From a virus (lineage: Duplodnaviria > Heunggongvirae > Uroviricota > Caudoviricetes), in IMG/VR virus record IMGVR_UViG_3300025859_000003: a stretch of DNA of 64,000 bases. One strand, 5' to 3'. Position 1 is the first letter of the stretch. Each line of letters begins with the position of its first letter. Position numbers and translations under genes: made by a program. Shown here piece by piece: positions 49,904 to 59,686 of the stretch. The notes under the pieces were generated by a model, which did not search any database, was not told the DNA's origin, and saw nothing but the letters and a program-made list of their open reading frames with translations.

Positions 49904-50095
49904 ATGGCGGCAGAAAAGGTCAGGGCGCAGATTTGGGCAAGAGCTACAGACGACGAGCGGCTCAATATCCAGCTGATCCTGGGAGACGAGCAGTTCAGCA
50001 TTGACATGGACCTTGAGGACGCTAAGAGTTGGTCCATGGCCATCGAGAAGGCGGTACAGGACGTGGTACGCCGGCTTCCCGTGGTAGACGTGTAG
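49904..50095 (+). CDS. Hypothetical protein
   Basis: 63 aa, SD AAGGG. Confidence 0.45.
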   Translation: MAAEKVRAQIWARATDDERLNIQLILGDEQFSIDMDLEDAKSWSMAIEKAVQDVVRRLPVVDV

Positions 50096-50211
50096 CACCA
50101 GAACCTAGCACTTACATTTGAGACCATCGGTGCCCGCGCAGGCGGGCATCGTCACCTACGAAATCCCATTGATCTGGGACTTCGTCGGCTACGCTGTAGA
50201 TAGGAGACGGC

Positions 50212-50598
50212 ATGGAAAGGCCATCGGTGAGGCCCTCGGTTACGTCGGCCTTCAGGGTTGGGAACATGGAGTTCTACCTGACCTTCGGCATCCATCCCGA
50301 GACCAAGAAGGTGTTCGAGGTGTTCTTTGACGGCATGACAGAAGGGTCGTCGATGAAAGGCCTGTTGACCTCTTTTTGTGTCATGGTTTCCAGGGCTCTC
50401 CAGCGCGGGGACACCCCGCCGAAGATGCTTGACGGTACCATAGGTGTTATGCCGTTCCCTCCTCTGGGGCCGGTCTATACACCCGACAACAACGGGGATT
50501 GGGTGATGCGAGGAGAGGTTCCCTCTGTGACCTACATGATTGTCAAGGCGGTGGAATGGGTGTCCGCGGGCTTCCCTGATACCTTCGCCTGGAGCTAA
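50212..50598 (+). CDS. Stand-alone TSCPD-like domain (class II RNR C-terminal-like)
   Basis: FYLTFG...FEVFF...GS....L...VSRALQRG pattern; SD AGGAG. Confidence 0.6.
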   Translation: MERPSVRPSVTSAFRVGNMEFYLTFGIHPETKKVFEVFFDGMTEGSSMKGLLTSFCVMVSRALQRGDTPPKMLDGTIGVMPFPPLGPVYTPDNNGDWVMRGEVPSVTYMIVKAVEWVSAGFPDTFAWS

Positions 50599-50599
50599 C

Positions 50600-50824
50600 G
50601 TGGAAAGCAAACTCGATCAGTACATCCGCGTCAAGATCAAGACCCACATGGAGTCGATCGAGCGGATTCATGAGATACAAAACGATGTGGTCACGGGCAA
50701 ACTGTCGATGCAGGAAGCCAAACTGTCCATTGACGAAGAGGAAGAAAGCGTCCGTCATCAGTTGAAGATGTTCCGAGACTTCTATGATTTGTCTGACGAG
50801 GACGTGAAGGTATCCGATGGCTAA
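50600..50824 (+). CDS. Hypothetical protein
   Basis: GTG start after SD GGAG. Confidence 0.45.
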   Translation: MESKLDQYIRVKIKTHMESIERIHEIQNDVVTGKLSMQEAKLSIDEEEESVRHQLKMFRDFYDLSDEDVKVSDG

Positions 50825-51446
50825 CATCCTGATGTTCGACGGTCCCGATGGAATCGGCAAGTCAACTCTGGTTGACGCAGTGCATAAGCAGTTCGAGGAC
50901 TGCGTTCTACCTGCGGTCAAGCTTGTCTTCCCCAGCGATCAGCTGCGGACCCAGGCCAAGTCTGGCAAAGTCCTTCTGTCGGCAAGGGAATTTCTCCTGG
51001 ACATCGCCGGCGGGCTTAGTTCTGCGATGGCTGCGCACCGACGGATCATCTGTGACCGTTCTTTTTTGGCCACCATGGCGTACCAGGGGTGCACCATCAC
51101 CACAGTCAAAGAGCACATGCCCCCGGCGCTGTTCAACGACAAGTTCAACAGTATTTCGATCTTCCGCCTTTACCTTCCTCCTGAGGATCTGGAACGGAGG
51201 ATAAACACCAGGAAAGACGACATCTCCGTCGGTCTTGAGGGCGCCTTAGGCATCTCCGAGAGGCGGGCAACTGTTGATACTCTGTCCCGTTTGGATGAGC
51301 GATTCCGCATGGCCACAGAGATGGTAACCGATTCAGAGCCCTGGAAGAGCAGTCATAAGTTTCGGGTTATTCCTGTGGATATGAGCTCCTCCCCGGAACG
51401 ATGCTTCGAGCGCGTGATGGACTTGATCGACAACATCATGTTCTGA
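50817..51446 (+). CDS. Thymidylate/dNMP kinase-like P-loop kinase
   Basis: FDGPDGIGKST, IICDRSFLATMAYQG. Confidence 0.8.
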   Translation: MANILMFDGPDGIGKSTLVDAVHKQFEDCVLPAVKLVFPSDQLRTQAKSGKVLLSAREFLLDIAGGLSSAMAAHRRIICDRSFLATMAYQGCTITTVKEHMPPALFNDKFNSISIFRLYLPPEDLERRINTRKDDISVGLEGALGISERRATVDTLSRLDERFRMATEMVTDSEPWKSSHKFRVIPVDMSSSPERCFERVMDLIDNIMF

Positions 51447-51468
51447 TGGTCGCAGACTCTGCAGCCAT
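51446..51468. repeat. 23-bp dyad repeat, copy 7
   Basis: ATGGTCGCAGACTCTGCAGCCAT; overlaps the last base of the TGA. Confidence 0.9.
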
Positions 51469-51471
51469 GCT

Positions 51472-51502
51472 AAAAAGAAAGAGCCGTAGCCCTTTCTTTT
51501 TT
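51472..51502. terminator. Bidirectional terminator
   Basis: AAAAAGAAAG..CTTTCTTTTTT between convergent genes. Confidence 0.6.
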
Positions 51503-51504
51503 AG

Positions 51505-51873
51505 CTAGTGCCTCTGTCCGTTGGATCTCAATCGATCAAGAACAGCCTGCACCTCCTCACTATCTATTGATCGTGTCAGACCGGCCAACCGCCCGGCAGC
51601 CTCATCGGCGGTGTTGCTGGTCTTTGAGCCCAGAAGGAGGTCGAAGGTAACGTCCAAGCCCTCAGAGATGTGGATGATGTCTGTCTGGGCGCCATCCAGA
51701 AGGCGTTTGCCTTCACCCTCTGGAGTCAGAGGGAACAACATGTCTAAGTAGTTGAAGGACGATTCCACGTGTTTTGCTATAGAGGCCTTCAACTTCTGCA
51801 GGGCGTCTTTTACGTCCCCTGATTTCTTGGCCTCTTCCACAGCTGCCTTGATTTCTTGTCCGTATACCTCCAA
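51505..51873 (-). CDS. Hypothetical protein
   Basis: SD AGGAGG + TTG. Confidence 0.5.
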   Translation of the reverse strand: MEVYGQEIKAAVEEAKKSGDVKDALQKLKASIAKHVESSFNYLDMLFPLTPEGEGKRLLDGAQTDIIHISEGLDVTFDLLLGSKTSNTADEAAGRLAGLTRSIDSEEVQAVLDRLRSNGQRH

Positions 51874-51894
51874 CCGTCCCTCCTTTCGCTGTTT

Positions 51895-52875
51895 CTACCT
51901 GATGCGGTCGGCGCTGATGACGTTGTTGCTGAAGTACCCGCTTTCCCGGTACAGCAGGATCACGGGCAGGTCCTTCCATGGGTTGGCGTTCAGCCACCAG
52001 AACTTCTCTTCCAGCGGGAATTCAACCTCAGGCTGATCCATGTCGCCGTCTTCCGACATGCGATCGAGCGACCAGGCTCCCTCGCCGTTGGTCTCGATTT
52101 TCAACATTTTCGGTTTGGGGCTATTGGACCAGAGAGAATCCACCAGACCTTCCTCGTGAAGAATCAGGTGATCACCGGAGATGATGTCCCTCGCCGGTTG
52201 AGCGATGGTGTCCATTTTCATGAGCTGGTCCATCACCTTGTTGCTGTGAGGAACCTGGATGACGCTGTTGTCGTAGTCATCCGGCCGGATGACGACATTG
52301 AAAACCTTGTGGTCGTGAGGAGCGCTGAGGTACGTCGACTTGAAGATCAAGCCAACCTCCCCGTGTTCAGACAAGTGAATGCCGGTGATGCCCTGCCACA
52401 TGCGCTTGGCATTCGTGTCGTAAAGCGATTCGAGCGCTTCCTTCCTGTAGGTGAGCGCGTCTTCGAGAAGACGCCGGAAGGTGGTGGAGATGAAGGAGTC
52501 AACGGACTCGATCACCTTCAGGGCCATCCTCTTTTTGTGAATCCTCGTGTGTTTGGCTGCGGGAGTTTCCCAGTTCGGGTTAGCCACAACGTCGGCCGCT
52601 GGTAAGGTGGCCATGCGATCGAGAATGATGCCGAGAGAGTCTTTGAACTCTGCTACGTTGTCCGCATCGTCAAGTTCGCGAACAATGTCTTCGTCCTCTT
52701 CCTCTTCCTCTTCCTCTTCCTCTTCCTCTTCCTCGAACTCTTCCTCCTCTAACTCTTCCTCGTCTTCCAGTTCTTCTTCAGGACTGGGGTTCTGTAGTGC
52801 AGCCGGCACCGGTTGTCCCATCAACCGATAGACCTCTTCGATGACGGCTTGGTTTCTGCCTTCCTTCGATTCCAT
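51895..52875 (-). CDS. Hypothetical protein with N-terminal poly-Glu tract
   Basis: 326 aa, SD AAGG. Confidence 0.6.
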   Translation of the reverse strand: MESKEGRNQAVIEEVYRLMGQPVPAALQNPSPEEELEDEEELEEEEFEEEEEEEEEEEEEDEDIVRELDDADNVAEFKDSLGIILDRMATLPAADVVANPNWETPAAKHTRIHKKRMALKVIESVDSFISTTFRRLLEDALTYRKEALESLYDTNAKRMWQGITGIHLSEHGEVGLIFKSTYLSAPHDHKVFNVVIRPDDYDNSVIQVPHSNKVMDQLMKMDTIAQPARDIISGDHLILHEEGLVDSLWSNSPKPKMLKIETNGEGAWSLDRMSEDGDMDQPEVEFPLEEKFWWLNANPWKDLPVILLYRESGYFSNNVISADRIR

Positions 52876-52901
52876 AACACCTTTCCTTTGTGGTTATTGA
52901 C

Positions 52902-53609
52902 TTACTGCTGATCTTCGAGAACGATGACCTTTTCCACCTTGGGCGGAATTGCGTTGAGCTTGGTAAAGAGGATGTTCTGGTCTTTGTAGACCGAGTAGAT
53001 TCCAGTTGCGTGTTTCATCTTCCAGACGTCCGAGATCTGACGTGCCCAGGCAGGAACAAGTCCGTCCTCTCCGTAAGTCTTGATTCCGTCGCTCTTGAAC
53101 ACCTTCACGCTGTGGTAGTCCACGAGGACACCTATCTGGTGCTCCTGGTTGAAAAACAAGGGAGTTTGCGGGTTAGGAGGTACGGTGGCCCACTCCAGGG
53201 CGTCATGAACCAGCAGCTTCAGCTTGGCGAGGTCTCGTTGCTCTGATCGAGAATACAGGTGGTGGGCGATCGATCTCACCAAGGTGTAGTGCTTTTCACT
53301 GAAGTTCATCGTGATGGTGCTGATCAACTGCAGCGCGGGGTTTGTCATTCGGATGTGGCCGATTTTGGATTTTGGCGGCGACCAGTAGCACACCGTCATC
53401 GGGCATCCGTAAACGTTCCTCAGGGAGGTCTCAACGATCATCGAGACCAGCTTCATGCTGTTGTAAATCTCCTTTTCCTGTTTCTCCATGGCCTTGAGGA
53501 AGCTATCCAAGCCCACTGTGTGGCCAAGATACTTGGCGTCTTCTTCACCAAGTTCCTCGTTGTCCAACGCTGCCCGTTCAATCCCGAGTAGGCTCAGGTC
53601 TTTCACCAT
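52902..53609 (-). CDS. Hypothetical protein
   Basis: SD AGGAG, GGCCTAAG motif upstream. Confidence 0.6.
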   Translation of the reverse strand: MVKDLSLLGIERAALDNEELGEEDAKYLGHTVGLDSFLKAMEKQEKEIYNSMKLVSMIVETSLRNVYGCPMTVCYWSPPKSKIGHIRMTNPALQLISTITMNFSEKHYTLVRSIAHHLYSRSEQRDLAKLKLLVHDALEWATVPPNPQTPLFFNQEHQIGVLVDYHSVKVFKSDGIKTYGEDGLVPAWARQISDVWKMKHATGIYSVYKDQNILFTKLNAIPPKVEKVIVLEDQQ

Positions 53610-53725
53610 AAAGGTCTCCTAATAACTCTTCACCGGCTTAGGCCACACAAGCTTGGCAAGTTTGGGCACACTTGACGGATTGACCGATTCAACCTAGATC
53701 GTATTATCCACCGGGGGAGCCGATC

Positions 53726-54130
53726 ATGTTTCGCGTCACAGTTACCGATTTACGCAGCGGCCAGTCCGACACCTTTAGCGCGGACATCGATAAGGTCATG
53801 GCCATCCGTAAGATGCTAACCCCGGCGAAAGGGCAGCCGGAGAAGTCTCAAGAGGTCGAAAGAAATACCGCCCTGGTCATCGATCCTGAAGAGTTCTTCA
53901 AGGTGGTTCGCCGCGATTATGCCGGCAACGAAGTGACAGAAGATGGCAAGTTCATCGAGTACATGAACGGCCAGCGGTTGGAGAAATACTTCCCGACTGA
54001 CATCTTTACCCCCGAGACTCGGGATGTTTATAAGATGGACGACGGATCTTATTCCTTGAAGCTCAGCTTGGACCCTTCGCGCCACGGTGGCAGGAGGATG
54101 AGGATGGTCAAGCTGATTCCACAGACTTGA
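53726..54130 (+). CDS. Hypothetical protein
   Basis: SD GGGAG; TTGACC-16-TATTAT upstream. Confidence 0.55.
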   Translation: MFRVTVTDLRSGQSDTFSADIDKVMAIRKMLTPAKGQPEKSQEVERNTALVIDPEEFFKVVRRDYAGNEVTEDGKFIEYMNGQRLEKYFPTDIFTPETRDVYKMDDGSYSLKLSLDPSRHGGRRMRMVKLIPQT

Positions 54131-54137
54131 GGCAAGC

Positions 54138-54446
54138 ATGTCGGAACCCAACGGAGAGAAGCCGAAACAAGAGCACGTGTACGACGCCAAGGTGGTGATA
54201 GAGCAGTTTGTCGCCAACTCGGCGTTTCGTGAGGTCACCGCTTCCCAGGACTTCCGTAACGCGATCCAGTACATCGCCGGCGTGGTCGCCGGGTGCGCTG
54301 ACATGACCGCTAACACTCAGGCGGTTCGCGTTTCTGTGGTGTCTGACAACGGCGCCGTTGATTTCCGTTACACTCTCCGCAAGGCTGGCCCGCAGATTCT
54401 CCGGGCGGATCCTTCCATGCTCACCAGGCTGAACAAGGAAAGTTAG
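54138..54446 (+). CDS. Hypothetical protein
   Basis: SD GAGG. Confidence 0.55.
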   Translation: MSEPNGEKPKQEHVYDAKVVIEQFVANSAFREVTASQDFRNAIQYIAGVVAGCADMTANTQAVRVSVVSDNGAVDFRYTLRKAGPQILRADPSMLTRLNKES

Positions 54447-54451
54447 GAGTC

Positions 54452-54700
54452 ATGCAGGTGGCCTATAAAAACGACACCGATGCTGAACGCATCCAAGCAG
54501 AGGCAGCAGCCCTGCGTGCTCTCCGTGAGCTCGGTGTTGACCTGGACCAAATCAAAGCGGTAGAGGTCCGGTTCAACGGGGGACGACCCGATGTCTCTTT
54601 CCACGCTCTTTCCGGAAGCCGTACGCAAGGAGTTGGGTACCTGTTCTTCATGGATCATCTGAAGAGCTTGATGCGGGACGAGGACCGGCATTTCCTCTAA
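54452..54700 (+). CDS. Hypothetical protein
   Basis: SD AGGAG. Confidence 0.5.
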   Translation: MQVAYKNDTDAERIQAEAAALRALRELGVDLDQIKAVEVRFNGGRPDVSFHALSGSRTQGVGYLFFMDHLKSLMRDEDRHFL

Positions 54701-54709
54701 GATGGTCTT

Positions 54710-56083
54710 ATGGCGCTCAACCTGCCAACTACCCCCGTAACTACGGTGGTCGGGACTACGCCGGCCTCCGACGAGCCTCCCGCCGACCTCGGCTCCGAGG
54801 AAGATCTCGCGAACTTCTACGAAGTGGCCAAACGTGACGCAGCCTTTATCCGAAGGGCCGCGGAGAAAGAAGGCCGCGCCTATCTGATGATCCGCGGTAA
54901 CAACTTCCGTGTTGTGTTCGACCACTTCATCTTGGCTTCGTACCAGAAGACCGTCGAAGAAGTGATCACCCCCAGCTACACAAGAGGGCAAACCACCCTG
55001 GAAGTGTTCGGTAGAAGGAACAAGCAGGTAACGATCGAGATCGACCTGATTGAATCATCTACACAGCTGCAGCTCACAGGAAGCGGCCTCAAGGGGTATG
55101 TGGGCCAGGGTGTCCGTGCCCTGGCGGACCTATACAACGACTATCTTCGCGGCAGCAGGACGGTGAAGAAGGACGCCATTGCGATCTTGTCTGTAAAAGG
55201 CAAGAGAGACTTTGGATACATCACTAGCCTCGTCTTTGAACGCAACAGCGGTAACGATCACCATGTCCGGGCCAGCATTTCTTTTTGGCTTCCCGATGAC
55301 GCAGAGGACAACATCATCGGGGCCAAACTTGCTCAACGCCTGTTGGACGAGTCGGCTACGGCTCGCCTTCCGTCGTTGGACCAACCCGGCGAGTTTGACT
55401 CGACTGCCACGGTCCCTATTACAGACCTTCCGTTCCGCGAGGAATTTGCTTCGAGGTTCACCGATGAAGGGGAAGTCCAAAACAGGGCAACCTTCCAGGT
55501 GCTCGACCGGTTCGGTAATCAGCTGTTCAAGTACGACAACATGTACGTGACACAGGTGGGGGACGTCGACACGGAGAAGGTCCAGTTTGAGGTATCGGCG
55601 CCGTCTGTCACCAAGGCATGGTTCTACGGTCGTCACCTGAAGGCCTTGTCGATAAGCGCGATCCTGTTCGACCTTGAACAGCAGCCGGATGCTGAGTACC
55701 CGCAGGCGCAGCTGGAGCTGTTTGAATACCTTTACGAAAACTATCTTCGTGCGCCCCAGGTTGCTCACCATCGCTACCGCGTACGGTTATTCGTACGCGG
55801 TCACCAGTACGAAGGCCTGATTTCGAACTATTCTCTTGGCTTGGCTTCAGACGATGACAACGTGGGAGCTGTGTCTTTTACCTTCATGGTTCTGGACGAA
55901 AACCCGTTGCCTCAACGTCTGCCGAGGGTTGTGGATGGTGATGTGGACTTTGGGCCGGCAACTTTCTCGCAAGAGACTGTGGAGGAGCTCCGGCACCAGG
56001 GAGAACTACCAAGAACTCCTCCTGGGGCCGTTCTTCCCGGCGGTACTCAATCAGACGTCGTACTTCGTACAGGCTTGATCTAA
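54710..56083 (+). CDS. Putative tail-tube initiator/baseplate protein with two tandem tube-like domains
   Basis: Duplicated pattern VFGRR...LYNDYLRG...GYI and FYGRH...LYENYLRA...GLI; upstream of the hub gene. Confidence 0.55.
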   Translation: MALNLPTTPVTTVVGTTPASDEPPADLGSEEDLANFYEVAKRDAAFIRRAAEKEGRAYLMIRGNNFRVVFDHFILASYQKTVEEVITPSYTRGQTTLEVFGRRNKQVTIEIDLIESSTQLQLTGSGLKGYVGQGVRALADLYNDYLRGSRTVKKDAIAILSVKGKRDFGYITSLVFERNSGNDHHVRASISFWLPDDAEDNIIGAKLAQRLLDESATARLPSLDQPGEFDSTATVPITDLPFREEFASRFTDEGEVQNRATFQVLDRFGNQLFKYDNMYVTQVGDVDTEKVQFEVSAPSVTKAWFYGRHLKALSISAILFDLEQQPDAEYPQAQLELFEYLYENYLRAPQVAHHRYRVRLFVRGHQYEGLISNYSLGLASDDDNVGAVSFTFMVLDENPLPQRLPRVVDGDVDFGPATFSQETVEELRHQGELPRTPPGAVLPGGTQSDVVLRTGLI

Positions 56084-56085
56084 TC

Positions 56086-59000
56086 GTGGCTGAAGTTGAT
56101 AGAACACGGTTCTCCTACAGGCACCACTCGTTCATCATCTTTGTGGACGGTGTGGAGATTCCATGGCTGTTCCTGCAGTTCCGTTGCCAGCTTGGATCGC
56201 CGACCACCGTGGAGATTCACATAGAGCCTGATGATCTGATCGAGAGGATCAGGCCGAAGACCTACGTCCACATCTTCATGAGTGACCCGTACACCGAGGA
56301 CGAACCTGCCGTCGGTCGTCCCGTGCAAGAGTTCGAACGGGACCAACGGTTCGATAAGAAGCGGTACTACCTGTGTTTTGAAGGGCAGATCCAGGGCGTA
56401 ACCGAGAGCGAATCTGCAGAGTCCCGGTCTATGGTACTCTCGTGTTCGGACCTGTTTAGTGTCATCAACAACACCTCGCTGGACTTGGTGCAGCTGGACA
56501 ACGGGATCAACATCCCGATGGTCAACGGATCTACGTTCTACGGGAGTTACGTAGACGGGGATACCACCAACCCCTCGATACTCAAATACGTCATTTACGC
56601 GGCTATGGGGTTTGCTACCACTAGCCAGGACACTGCCCAGTCTACGAGAGAGACCCAACTCAGGTCCTTACAGGATCAGCAGTACCCTTTGCTCCGTGAT
56701 GGTCGTCAAGGGAGTAGCAGATACTTCTACTTCGACGCGGTTCGCCTTGCCCTGAAATACTTTCTTCAGTTCAACGCAAGCTACCGACTGCAGGCCATGA
56801 GGAGCCGCCTGTTCGATAAGATGTTCGGGATATCGGACCAGACGTTCCAACGGTTCATGGAGCGCAGAGTCGCTCAGACTCTCATTACTCAGGGATTCGA
56901 GAACGTTCCGTATACAACTCTTGGCCAGTTGATGATGTACATGCTGAGCCTGGGGCTGCACAACTACACGTCGATGCTGTTCCCTGTGCCCAACGACGAA
57001 GCTACCGAGGGCGCATGGAACCAGTACTTGTTCTTGCCCAATTTGTACTACGCCCTGCCTCCTACGTGTAACTGGATCTTCCCGGAGCACATCCAGTCGC
57101 TCAATGCCTCGCGGTTCTTCATGCAGGAGCCGACCCGCATCGGCGTGAACGACCCGATGGTGGGCGGGGTGGGTCTCATGCACCTGGCTCCGCCGAACCT
57201 TACGGACATGCTTACTGGTGGTAATCCGCCGGTAAAGCCGGACAGCGGGGGAGCCCTTAGTACTGCGGCCTTGTTCGGTGCCCCTCCTACCATATCAGCG
57301 ACGCCTAGAGATGAGCGGGAGCTCGACAGCTTGCCCTTCCGTCTTACCGCCGGCGCCGAGAACCCGGTATCAAATCCAAACCTGCTTCGGCTACTCTCAG
57401 CCTCCGAGGTAGAGAAGGGGATCATTTTCCGGCACTCAGACATCTCTGTTGAGTACTTTGCCGGCGTCCACGGTGTTACGGACACGTCACTGTACAACAC
57501 AGATTTTAGGCAGCCGGAAATCGAACTCCCGAAGTTGAACAACGCTGTCCGTGAGCAGGTCAGGACTGACTCTCCGTACATCAAGTTCAACCGAATCATT
57601 ACCAATTACCGGCTGACGCTGGAGCGGCTGAACCGAGATGTCACCTTGGCCGGACCGTTCAATCCCTGGGCGGTGGCTGGCTTCCCTGCAGTGGTGTGCA
57701 GGCAGGACAGGTCCTATCGCGGCCTTCTTGTGGGCCTTACCCATACCATAGGCGCGTCGGGTGAAGCCCAGACGGTATACAACCTTGCGTACACCACCTT
57801 GTTCCGTCCAAAACTGGGCGGGTTCACTATTGGCGTTCGTGAGGTCAAAGAAAAGACCATAGACGCTAGAAGATCTCTCGCTACTCTCCAGGCAACGACC
57901 GAAGAGATTCTGGCTGAAGACAGCCGGCTGAAGAGCGACAACGCCTCTGATCTACGGACCGAGCTCACCGGTTACGCTGACGATCTCCCTAAAATTGAGG
58001 AGGCCTTGAGTCAGTTCGCGCTCGATACAGCGGACTGGGAGAAAACACAGAATCTCGACCCTCTTTTGAGTGCGGTGAAGAAACTGGATCGGGACCTGCC
58101 GGACAGAGCAAAGTCGGCTATAGGAAGTCTTCTCTCAGAGACCACGGACGCCCTGACAGGCTTGAACAGCAGCGTGAAGTTGGCTCAACGTGCCATGCAG
58201 TTCAGGGTTATTGGGCTCCAGCCGACTGAGGCCGCTGAGGCACAGCAGTGGATGGACGATCACGGGGTCACGAGAGGGACAGCCCGTCCACGCTCCGTTA
58301 CTTTTTACATCCGACTGGACGACTTGCTTGGAGTCATTGACCACCTGTACGACTACCCGTTCCGTAACGTGAATCCGGCGGAGCCGTTTCTGTTCCCTAC
58401 GACGGCTGATATCCGGACAAGCCCTAATTTTGCATTTCCGGCAACAGGTGAAGTGCGGGAACTTCGTGCCTCCGATTACATTCGCGAGAGCACTCGTAAA
58501 GAGTTCACGGTCAGGTTTCCCAGGGTAAACCAGGAGGTCCTCACCACCGAGGTCAAGGACTTATTTGTTTACTCCACGAACAAAGAAGCCAGCTTCAAGT
58601 ACGTTGCGGAGAACTTCGAGACAGGACTCTTTACCGTTGGTGGATCTACCAAGGGGTTTGTACTTACACCTGGGGCCCTCACCGCGTTCAATCCTTTCGC
58701 GAGCGACGCGTATGGATATGTCACGGTAAGAATGACCAAAGAGCTGACCGGCGTGCAGGATAACGAGGTCGTTACCGAAAATCCTGTGTTGAGGACAATC
58801 ACCAAGATCCAGGAACTGATAGACGCGCTTTTGGATCGAGTCACCCTTACGATCCGTTCGGTGGCCTTCCGTGATAGTCCGGAACAGCTCAGTCGTCTTC
58901 AGAAGGACTTGGAAGAGAACGAGAAACAGCAGACTCAGCTGCAGAACCTGACGAACGACCTGCTCAAGGCAGGTGAGGCCCTAATTGAATCAGCTCCCAT

Positions 59001-59619
59001 GATGCCGTTTGCCAACCCGAAGTTGGTAGACCCGTCTCAGGTGGAGTTTGAGTACAGGCCTGTTCTGGGAGAGTCTACGATCCTTAGAGACCTTTCTCCT
59101 CAGGGGTTGTCTACAGATTTCCGCTTGGCCGAGGATCTCGACGGACGGTTCTTGCAGGGCGTGGCGGGAGAGAACTTCTTCCGTCTGGCTACCAAGATCT
59201 TCAACTTCGACAGCGGGACCAACAAGCAGACCCTGTACGACAACTGGGTTCGAAACGGTGATGTGCCCAAGGAGATCAACGACTTTGGCCGGCGTAAGGG
59301 CGCCCTTACCTTAGAGGAATTCCTCAATCGCACAGAACTTACCCTACTTGAGGAAACGGCAAGATTCGGTCCATTCACGCGCACGTTCTACCGCATGGTT
59401 TCGTCTTCGGAGAGCCAGGGCTCGTACTTTGACTGCTTGCTGGGAAACAACACCAAGGTTACCGGGACCGGGACGGATGCGGACCGGGACATCGAACAGA
59501 TGCGGGAAGAGGTGTATCGGGAGGCCGATCAGCCTCTGCTGTACGAGGAAGCCCGCCAGGAGATCATGCTGGATTACGCCCGTACCCATTTCGTGCCCAG
59601 GGCTCTTCGAGGAAAATAA
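56086..59619 (+). CDS. Putative baseplate hub protein (gp27/VgrG-like)
   Basis: IFVDGVEIP..., FEGQI, PPTCNWIFP, GPFNPWAVAGFPAVV..GLLVGLTHTI; 1177 aa. Confidence 0.6.
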   Translation: MAEVDRTRFSYRHHSFIIFVDGVEIPWLFLQFRCQLGSPTTVEIHIEPDDLIERIRPKTYVHIFMSDPYTEDEPAVGRPVQEFERDQRFDKKRYYLCFEGQIQGVTESESAESRSMVLSCSDLFSVINNTSLDLVQLDNGINIPMVNGSTFYGSYVDGDTTNPSILKYVIYAAMGFATTSQDTAQSTRETQLRSLQDQQYPLLRDGRQGSSRYFYFDAVRLALKYFLQFNASYRLQAMRSRLFDKMFGISDQTFQRFMERRVAQTLITQGFENVPYTTLGQLMMYMLSLGLHNYTSMLFPVPNDEATEGAWNQYLFLPNLYYALPPTCNWIFPEHIQSLNASRFFMQEPTRIGVNDPMVGGVGLMHLAPPNLTDMLTGGNPPVKPDSGGALSTAALFGAPPTISATPRDERELDSLPFRLTAGAENPVSNPNLLRLLSASEVEKGIIFRHSDISVEYFAGVHGVTDTSLYNTDFRQPEIELPKLNNAVREQVRTDSPYIKFNRIITNYRLTLERLNRDVTLAGPFNPWAVAGFPAVVCRQDRSYRGLLVGLTHTIGASGEAQTVYNLAYTTLFRPKLGGFTIGVREVKEKTIDARRSLATLQATTEEILAEDSRLKSDNASDLRTELTGYADDLPKIEEALSQFALDTADWEKTQNLDPLLSAVKKLDRDLPDRAKSAIGSLLSETTDALTGLNSSVKLAQRAMQFRVIGLQPTEAAEAQQWMDDHGVTRGTARPRSVTFYIRLDDLLGVIDHLYDYPFRNVNPAEPFLFPTTADIRTSPNFAFPATGEVRELRASDYIRESTRKEFTVRFPRVNQEVLTTEVKDLFVYSTNKEASFKYVAENFETGLFTVGGSTKGFVLTPGALTAFNPFASDAYGYVTVRMTKELTGVQDNEVVTENPVLRTITKIQELIDALLDRVTLTIRSVAFRDSPEQLSRLQKDLEENEKQQTQLQNLTNDLLKAGEALIESAPMMPFANPKLVDPSQVEFEYRPVLGESTILRDLSPQGLSTDFRLAEDLDGRFLQGVAGENFFRLATKIFNFDSGTNKQTLYDNWVRNGDVPKEINDFGRRKGALTLEEFLNRTELTLLEETARFGPFTRTFYRMVSSSESQGSYFDCLLGNNTKVTGTGTDADRDIEQMREEVYREADQPLLYEEARQEIMLDYARTHFVPRALRGK

Positions 59620-59623
59620 CCTC

Positions 59624-59646
59624 ATGGCCGCAGAGTCTGCAGCCAT
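59624..59646. repeat. 23-bp dyad repeat, copy 8
   Basis: ATGGCCGCAGAGTCTGCAGCCAT. Confidence 0.9.
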
Positions 59647-59686
59647 ACTGTCTACAATGACAGTGGTCCTTTTTTAGGAGAAAGAC

